Source: Nitrososphaeria archaeon (lineage in GTDB: Archaea; Thermoproteota; Nitrososphaeria; JACIWG01). From it: 64,000 nucleotides of DNA. Shown piece after piece: positions 57,930 through 64,000 of the stretch. The DNA lies in assembly GCA_050011875.1 (NCBI GenBank), contig JBEKIG010000003.1, forward strand, positions 127,677 through 191,676, read 5' to 3'. The translations under genes were made by a program, and so were the position numbers. How positions within the stretch are numbered: position 1 is the stretch's first letter; the number at the start of each line of letters is the position of its first letter. The notes below the pieces were generated by a model. It saw only the letters and a list, made by a program, of their open reading frames with translations. It was not told the DNA's origin and did no database searches.

Positions 57930-59273
57930 TTATTTTTGGTATGTTCCGTAACTTGATGGCGTATATCTTGGCTGCGCAGAAGGCTTTTGTTGGACAGTCT
58001 GAGGCTGCGGTGCAGGTGTTGTTGGAGGTTTAGGCTTCTTTATGCGGTAGTACAGTGTCCCAATCTTCCCTTCAAAATCGCTTAAAATACTGTCGAAGGC
58101 CGCGAAAGCTTCTGCCGGTGAACTGAATGGGCTAAAGTAAGGATATGTGGCTTCTGGAGTAACCGTTTTTGTCGACATATAGTGGAAATGATCACTCTGC
58201 TGCAGGAAGCGCCAGAGCTTAGTTACGCCGGCATCATTGATCTCTTTAACGATTGGTTCAAGACGATATAACCGATCAAAGGTGATTCTTTGCATCGAGT
58301 TGTCGAGCCAGGCAGTACAGTCCTTCTCTGCATCAGCCCATGAAATTGTAGCAGTTTCTGGAACATTTATCGAACCCGACGAGGGATTTGAAGCAACGAC
58401 CTCACTGGGCGTGGACCAGTTGAGGTTGCCTGCCTTGGCAACTTCTTTAGGAATGTTCTTAAGAAGATCGAATATGCCTGTCTCAGCCCAATGATGTTCC
58501 CCGAAGGTTTCGATATCAAGAGAAATTAGTATCACATCTCCGCCGGTTCTAGACAGCCACGCTGCATATTTGTCCGCAGTAAGAGGGTATTCTCCCCAAT
58601 TCTTTAGAGAAAAACGGAACCCAATATCGTCTGAAAGAATGCAGTGTCTAAGAAGCAGCTTTATATTTTCTGCACCGACAGTAGAATATACGTAGGTTGG
58701 AGAACGCCCTTCTAGAAGCTTGGGAACACCTTCTGTTAGAACACCTTGGAAGCCGAGGGACTCCGCTGCCTTTGATATACCGTTGTTGTAGATGAGTTCT
58801 GTGTTCTCGAAGACTTTGACCTCGTAGCCAAAAACTTGCTTAATAAGTTCCTTGTGCTCCTTCACTTGGGCTGCAAATTCGTTTAAACCTAAACTTGAAA
58901 GGGAAGATAGTGAATGATAATATGTACCGCCCAACAGCTCGACGCTGCCTGAAGTAATAAAACTTTTTAATTTCTCAACAAGTTGTGGCTCATAGAGAGC
59001 TGCCTGATGGAGAAACATGCCGCTCATACCCAAGGACAGCTTGAAAGGTTTGTCAGATGAAGAGTTCCCTTTAATTATTTCAGAAAGAATATCAAACGTG
59101 GGATTATAGCATTTCTTAGAAACTCTCCCAAAAATTTCTCTGTTAAGCTTGTCGTCAAAATATCGATCTATTAAAGACTCTCCCGCAGCAATTCTCTTCA
59201 CTCTTTCGTAAGGGAACATGCGGTTCAGTCTTCTTGGCTGATGAATTTCTAACACTAGCACTATGTCTGTCAT
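57930..59273 (-). CDS. GH57 alpha-amylase-like glycoside hydrolase with Pro/Gln-rich tail
   Basis: HQP, YYHSL, NTEL, SDDIGFRF, ETFGEH, SWAD and SDH. Confidence 0.92.
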   Translation of the reverse strand: MTDIVLVLEIHQPRRLNRMFPYERVKRIAAGESLIDRYFDDKLNREIFGRVSKKCYNPTFDILSEIIKGNSSSDKPFKLSLGMSGMFLHQAALYEPQLVEKLKSFITSGSVELLGGTYYHSLSSLSSLGLNEFAAQVKEHKELIKQVFGYEVKVFENTELIYNNGISKAAESLGFQGVLTEGVPKLLEGRSPTYVYSTVGAENIKLLLRHCILSDDIGFRFSLKNWGEYPLTADKYAAWLSRTGGDVILISLDIETFGEHHWAETGIFDLLKNIPKEVAKAGNLNWSTPSEVVASNPSSGSINVPETATISWADAEKDCTAWLDNSMQRITFDRLYRLEPIVKEINDAGVTKLWRFLQQSDHFHYMSTKTVTPEATYPYFSPFSSPAEAFAAFDSILSDFEGKIGTLYYRIKKPKPPTTPAPQPQTVQQKPSAQPRYTPSSYGTYQK

Positions 59274-59432
59274 TTCAACATTAATCCTAAAGTTCTACTA
59301 ATAAAGTTTATGGACAGTCGAACCGATAATTTCGTGTTCATTGAACGTAAGTCACAATTAAGGATATGACTTCAAATAAGCATCTATTACAAATTCTTAT
59401 TAAAAGGATTTAATAACCTTAGAGGGATAAGT

Positions 59433-60674
59433 TTGAAGCTTGCAATGTTTTGCTGGGAATTTCCACCCCGAATTGTTGGGGGACTTGGCTCTTATATTTC
59501 AGAAATAACACCTAAGATTATTTCAAAAGGACACGATATTACAGTCTTTACGTTTAATGACGGTAAACTTAAAACCCACGACGTGTTTAAAGGTATTGAA
59601 GTTCACCGACCGGAGGTTGTTGATATGACAGACGTATTTCCTTCAGTTGTGAGCGAAGATATTGCGAGATGGGGTAGTGGAACGGAATTTTTTTCGGAAG
59701 TTATGACGAGCAACATTTTAAGTTCAGCAAAACTGATCAACCAGCTTGTCAAATTTGATAACAGGGAATTTAATTTGATAGTCGCTCATGACTGGCTTTC
59801 TTTTATGGGTGGAATAATTTCAAAGAGAGAACTCAAACTGCCACTTGTGACCCACTTCCATTCCACGGAAAAGGGTAGAAGTGTCGGCGATGGATCAAAA
59901 ACTATTGTAGAACTTGAAACCATCGGCGGAAAAATCGCCGACAAGGTGATTACCGTGTCTTGCGCCATGATAGAAGATCTAGCGCACATCTACGTGCCTA
60001 TCGAAAAGATAAACGTCGTATATAACGGCGTGGATCCTCACAAATATGATCCGACTTCGATACCAAACGATGTCGCGCAGATCGTTAGAAAAAGATATAA
60101 CATAAAGGATGATGAGACAATGCTGCTTTTTGTTGGCAGATTAGTTCCAGTTAAAGGTGTAGATAAACTCATCTACGCTATGGAGCATGTTAACGAGAAA
60201 TACCCGAAAGCCAAGCTTGTAATCGTTGGCACATCCGACAATGAACAATACTACTCAAATCTAATATCAAATCTAAAATTGGATAAAATCGTTATCCCAA
60301 GATTTGAGTTCATAAGTGAGGAAGAAAGAATAATTCACTACGCTGCCTGCGATATGGCCATTTTCCCGAGCCTATATGAACCGTTCGGGATAGTAGCACT
60401 AGAGGCCATGAGCATGGAAAAACCCGTCATCGTAGGAGCTAGAGGAATTTCTGGCCTTAGAGAAATAGTCCTTCCGTCAGGGCCAGATCAGTGTGGCGTC
60501 CACGTTAACCCATATGATCCAGCAGATATAGCATGGGGGATAGGTGTCCTACTGAGCGATATGACTAAGTCAAAACAGTTTGGAGTTAACGGCAGAAAAA
60601 GGGTTCTAGCAAATTTTACGTGGGACAAAGTAGCGGATGATACTATAAAAGTATACAAACAGTTAGTTAAGTAG
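59433..60674 (+). CDS. GT4 glycosyltransferase (glycogen synthase-like)
   Basis: WEFPPRIVGGLG, HDW, HSTE and EPFGIVALE. Confidence 0.92.
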   Translation: MKLAMFCWEFPPRIVGGLGSYISEITPKIISKGHDITVFTFNDGKLKTHDVFKGIEVHRPEVVDMTDVFPSVVSEDIARWGSGTEFFSEVMTSNILSSAKLINQLVKFDNREFNLIVAHDWLSFMGGIISKRELKLPLVTHFHSTEKGRSVGDGSKTIVELETIGGKIADKVITVSCAMIEDLAHIYVPIEKINVVYNGVDPHKYDPTSIPNDVAQIVRKRYNIKDDETMLLFVGRLVPVKGVDKLIYAMEHVNEKYPKAKLVIVGTSDNEQYYSNLISNLKLDKIVIPRFEFISEEERIIHYAACDMAIFPSLYEPFGIVALEAMSMEKPVIVGARGISGLREIVLPSGPDQCGVHVNPYDPADIAWGIGVLLSDMTKSKQFGVNGRKRVLANFTWDKVADDTIKVYKQLVK

Positions 60675-60684
60675 GTGCAGGGAT

Positions 60685-61734
60685 ACGGGAGAAATTAGAA
60701 AGGACTACTTTGTCGATAGGTGGGTCGTAATAGAGCCTGGAAGAGCTAAAAGACCTTCAGACTTTAAGGTTCCGAGAGAAGAGAAGGAGGAAGGGGTCTG
60801 TTTTTTTTGCCCAGGAAACGAAAATCTAACTCCTCCGTCGATATATACGATAATATATGAAAACAACATGTACATAAAGAAACAGGACAGTGAAGAAGAG
60901 AGAGTCAAAAATTGGACTGTCAGAGTTTTTCCCAACAAGTACCCTATAGTCTCACCCGAACCAGAAGCTGAACATACCAACTACCCGATAGAGAGCGAGC
61001 CCGCATATGGACATCACTATATTGTTGTTCCAACACCAAACCACGATGATAAATTCATAAATTTTTCTAAAGAGCAATGGTCAGGACTGATTAACATTTT
61101 AAACGATATGGTGCAATACTTGTACGGTAACAAAGTTAAGGGTGTCGGATACATTTCGATCTTTATAAATAATGGAAAAGAGGCGGGCGCATCAATAAAG
61201 CATCCACATGTACAGATAGTTACAACCCAAAACATTCCTCCTCTAATATTAAGTGAAATATCAAGCATAGAAAGGCATCCGACGTTTGGAAGGTGCCTAC
61301 ACTGTAATATTATCAGATCTGAAACCGGTGGTCCAAGAAATATCTACACTTCAAAGTACTTTATAGCCATCACACCATGGGCTTCCTTTAATCCCTACGA
61401 ATTCTGGATATATCCAATAAAACATGAGACAAAATTTTCTGAAATAAGCTCAGACAAAGTCGACGACCTAGCACAGATGCTAAAGATCATGATGGGGGCC
61501 CTAGGTGCAACAGTCGGCGATGTCCCATTTAATCTAGTTTTCCATATATCTCCTGAAAAAAGGACAACGAAACAGCTGCATTGGCACATAGAAGTGTATC
61601 CTAGGCTTACAACGTATGCAGGATTGGAACTGGGGTCAGGCATATATGTCAACCCCGTGCCACCAGAGCAGGCATGCGTCGTCCTAGGTGTTGCGGCTAG
61701 GAAGGAGCATGCGAAGATGTACGGCATAGAATAA
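60685..61734 (+). CDS. galT: Galactose-1-phosphate uridylyltransferase family, apparent ACG start
   Basis: The frame extends 61 codons upstream of the called ATG, giving (T)GEIRKDYFVDRWVVIEPGRAKRP...CFFCPGNE. Also GASIKHPHVQ and HWHIE. Confidence 0.88.
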   Translation, partial: TGEIRKDYFVDRWVVIEPGRAKRPSDFKVPREEKEEGVCFFCPGNENLTPPSIYTIIYENNMYIKKQDSEEERVKNWTVRVFPNKYPIVSPEPEAEHTNYPIESEPAYGHHYIVVPTPNHDDKFINFSKEQWSGLINILNDMVQYLYGNKVKGVGYISIFINNGKEAGASIKHPHVQIVTTQNIPPLILSEISSIERHPTFGRCLHCNIIRSETGGPRNIYTSKYFIAITPWASFNPYEFWIYPIKHETKFSEISSDKVDDLAQMLKIMMGALGATVGDVPFNLVFHISPEKRTTKQLHWHIEVYPRLTTYAGLELGSGIYVNPVPPEQACVVLGVAARKEHAKMYGIE

Positions 61735-61946
61735 GGGATGACCGTAGTCCTCAGGCGATAAAAGGAAATCTAGTCGTATTAGCCAAACGCGTTCATCCCC
61801 ACAGAAGCCACTCTCTGAGGTAGGGGTTTGATGACAAAAATTTAGGTTATAGAATATTCTGTGTTTAAAAATGAATAAATCATCTGATCTGACACCATTT
61901 TTTAAATGCAGATTACGGGCACATTTTCAAAAAGAGAGTCATGAAT

Positions 61947-63125
61947 TTATTTATTATTCCTCTCATTTATTGCACCCTTGTATAAATCTAAAGTTTTTTC
62001 AGCGATGATAGACCACGAAAATTCTTTCTCAATACTTTCTCTACCCTTCTCTTTCAAATGTTCTGCTAGACCACGGTCAGAAAGAACCCTGTCGACACCC
62101 CAGAAGATCGAAGACGGGTTCTGCGGAAAGACCTTTATTCCGTTCTCCTCATGACTAATAATTTCGGACAAACCGTCGATACCACTTGCAACGACAGGAA
62201 CACCGGCAGCCATCCCCTCTAAAGCAACTATTCCAAATGGCTCGTATATGGAGGGGACGACAAGGACGTCCGTGCTCTTCATCAGTTTGACCATTTCTAC
62301 ATCTGAGAGAAACCCAGTAAAAATAACCCTATTTGAAACTCCTAGACGTGAGGCTTCGGATTCCAGGTAGCTTCTGGATGGACCATCCCCTACAATTAAT
62401 AGCTTGGCGTTATATTTACTCAAAATCTGTGGCATCGCTCTAATAAGGTATTCGCAGCCTTTTTGAGCTGTTAGTCTCCCTACAAAAAGGATCATCTGTT
62501 CCTTCCAGTATACGCCGTAGCTTTCCCTGGTTTTTGACACTTCAACATTAATATTTAGCCTCTCAGAATCAATACCGTTTGGAATAACACTTATCTTACT
62601 GGGATTTATGCTGAACTTCTGCATCGCATCGTTCTTCATCGAATTACTACACACTATTATTTTTGAAGAATCGTATGAGCCCCACCATTCAATACTTTCG
62701 ATCATCATAGATTCTAACGTCTTCGAACCCAGGCTCCTTCTAAATTCTAGGCTATGAAATGTTAAAACAAAAATAGAGGAAGTGTAGAGTTTAGCTTCAC
62801 TAGCCGAAGGGACAACCATCCAATCATGACCATGAACGATATCGAAGGAACCATAATCTTTGATCAGCTGAGCAATTTTCTTGCTGAAGAAATGATTCAT
62901 TAAATATATCCAATTGTAGAAATTTGGTGCCGGAATTTGTATCTGTGTACGAACTACATGGATTCCATCCCTTGTTTCAGTAAGTTGACTTCCATGTGTC
63001 TCTGGAGTTATCACTGTAACATCGACGCCTTTCTTTACAAGAAATTTTGAAAGCTCATTAACGTGTCTAGCTATGCCACCGATAATATTAGGTGGATACT
63101 CCCAAGATAGCATCAAAACACGCAA
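61947..63125 (-). CDS. GT4 glycosyltransferase
   Basis: WEYPPNIIGGIA, HDW and EPFGIVALE. Confidence 0.92.
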   Translation of the reverse strand: MRVLMLSWEYPPNIIGGIARHVNELSKFLVKKGVDVTVITPETHGSQLTETRDGIHVVRTQIQIPAPNFYNWIYLMNHFFSKKIAQLIKDYGSFDIVHGHDWMVVPSASEAKLYTSSIFVLTFHSLEFRRSLGSKTLESMMIESIEWWGSYDSSKIIVCSNSMKNDAMQKFSINPSKISVIPNGIDSERLNINVEVSKTRESYGVYWKEQMILFVGRLTAQKGCEYLIRAMPQILSKYNAKLLIVGDGPSRSYLESEASRLGVSNRVIFTGFLSDVEMVKLMKSTDVLVVPSIYEPFGIVALEGMAAGVPVVASGIDGLSEIISHEENGIKVFPQNPSSIFWGVDRVLSDRGLAEHLKEKGRESIEKEFSWSIIAEKTLDLYKGAINERNNK

Positions 63126-63550
63126 TTTTAGTCACCTGAATCTCATTTATGAAAACAAATTTTCCTTCGTGTCATAGTTACGTAATTGATAGGAAACCTC
63201 TTTTTTTCAGGTTGAGAGGACTCTACATGCTGGTAGGTGCACGATTTCCTAGCGCTTGGCCGCTTGTGCCCGCAGTTTCCCTCCATAAAAATCTCTATTT
63301 CATTTATAGCGTTAATCACGTTCAACCAACCTATTTTTGGCTCTGATTGATCTCCTATCCCTAGCGCTAAAACATATTCTGGTAGATAGGGTAGAATTAA
63401 ATACGGTAACCTGTATCCTTCTCCATCGGCCATAACAGCTATGTCCGTATCTTCCACAACTTAAGTTAAGTAAAGGCAACATAAATAATTTACATAATCT
63501 CTTTAAGATTCGCAACTAAAGAGGGAGTATATCCAGATAACCTAATTCTT

Positions 63551-63769
63551 TTAGAGCCTTTTCTTTAGGTAATCGATATTCTTTGTCTTCGAAGGGTCTA
63601 CTTTATTCATTACAGCAAGATATACCGTCGATACGTCCAATAGGTAAAAGTAGGATATTATGTGGTCAAGAAGTGTCAGATCCTCTGGATAAAGCTCCAT
63701 TATGTTAGAAGGATCGCATTCTCTTAAATCTGCGAGGGAAACAGCATCCTTTGTCATATTTACGATCAA
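63551..63769 (-). pseudogene. C-terminal fragment of a bifunctional phosphoglucose/phosphomannose isomerase (SIS)
   Basis: YLLDVSTVYLAVMNKVDPSKTKNIDYLKKRL matches the PGI/PMI C-terminal pattern. There is no room upstream for the N-terminal part. Confidence 0.55.
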
Positions 63770-63875
63770 ATCGTAGTTGTACTAGATATAAAATTTCTTT
63801 CTAAAATAAAAAATATGATAGAGTCTAGCATGCCTCATTGCTTGCAATATATTTTAGGTCTTTGTATCTTTGGGT

Positions 63876-64000
63876 TTAAGCCTTTTTGGATACAATGATG
63901 TCGCATGTAGAAACGTTTCTTATAATCCCCTCAGGTGTTTGTATTGCTTCTGTTCCTAAATTGCATTCTTTTATAAAGAATTTGCCTTCTCCAAATCTGT
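63876..64000 (-). CDS. albA: Alba DNA/RNA-binding protein, 3' part (5' end outside the window)
   Basis: Manual translation: RFGEGKFFIKECNLGTEAIQTPEGIIRNVSTCDIIVSKKA*. Confidence 0.75.
   Translation of the reverse strand, partial: RFGEGKFFIKECNLGTEAIQTPEGIIRNVSTCDIIVSKKA

Noticed and set aside
63143-63457. 104-aa minus-strand ORF
   Set aside because: It has no recognisable motif and overlapping alternative frames, so it is not supportable as a gene.

Overview
This is a 64 kb window of an archaeal chromosome. The gene content (Alba, ApgM, DUF99, DUF1614, a Cren7-like DUF5679 protein, a crenarchaeal-type tandem-domain protein) suggests a TACK/Thermoproteota lineage, which is an inference. Most of the window is housekeeping and carbon metabolism: bacterial-type GAPDH and PfkA, pgk, ppsA, H+-PPase, a polyol catabolism operon, a glycogen cluster, a pterin cluster and guaA. 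Directly downstream of a tRNA-Gln(CTG) lies an approximately 13.5 kb accessory island (about 4221-17700). It carries a split, decayed tyrosine integrase whose N-terminal piece runs antisense into the tRNA, a solo HEPN protein and an intact, GC-richer oxalate-oxidoreductase-like operon with altered active-site motifs. It also holds HNH and RHH remnants, internal duplications and an iteron-like array. The most unusual locus is 15379-17635. There a candidate multi-stem RNA and two helically phased repeat arrays (8x TGCACC; 4x 11-bp RATTGCCTTTA) sit upstream of a 576-aa HTH/repeat/coiled-coil/Zn-ribbon protein with no NTPase motif. This could be a single-protein segregation or replication module. 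Several small genes and pseudogenes missed by the ORF track were recovered by hand. No CRISPR array or rRNA was seen. All family assignments come from motif recognition without database searches.
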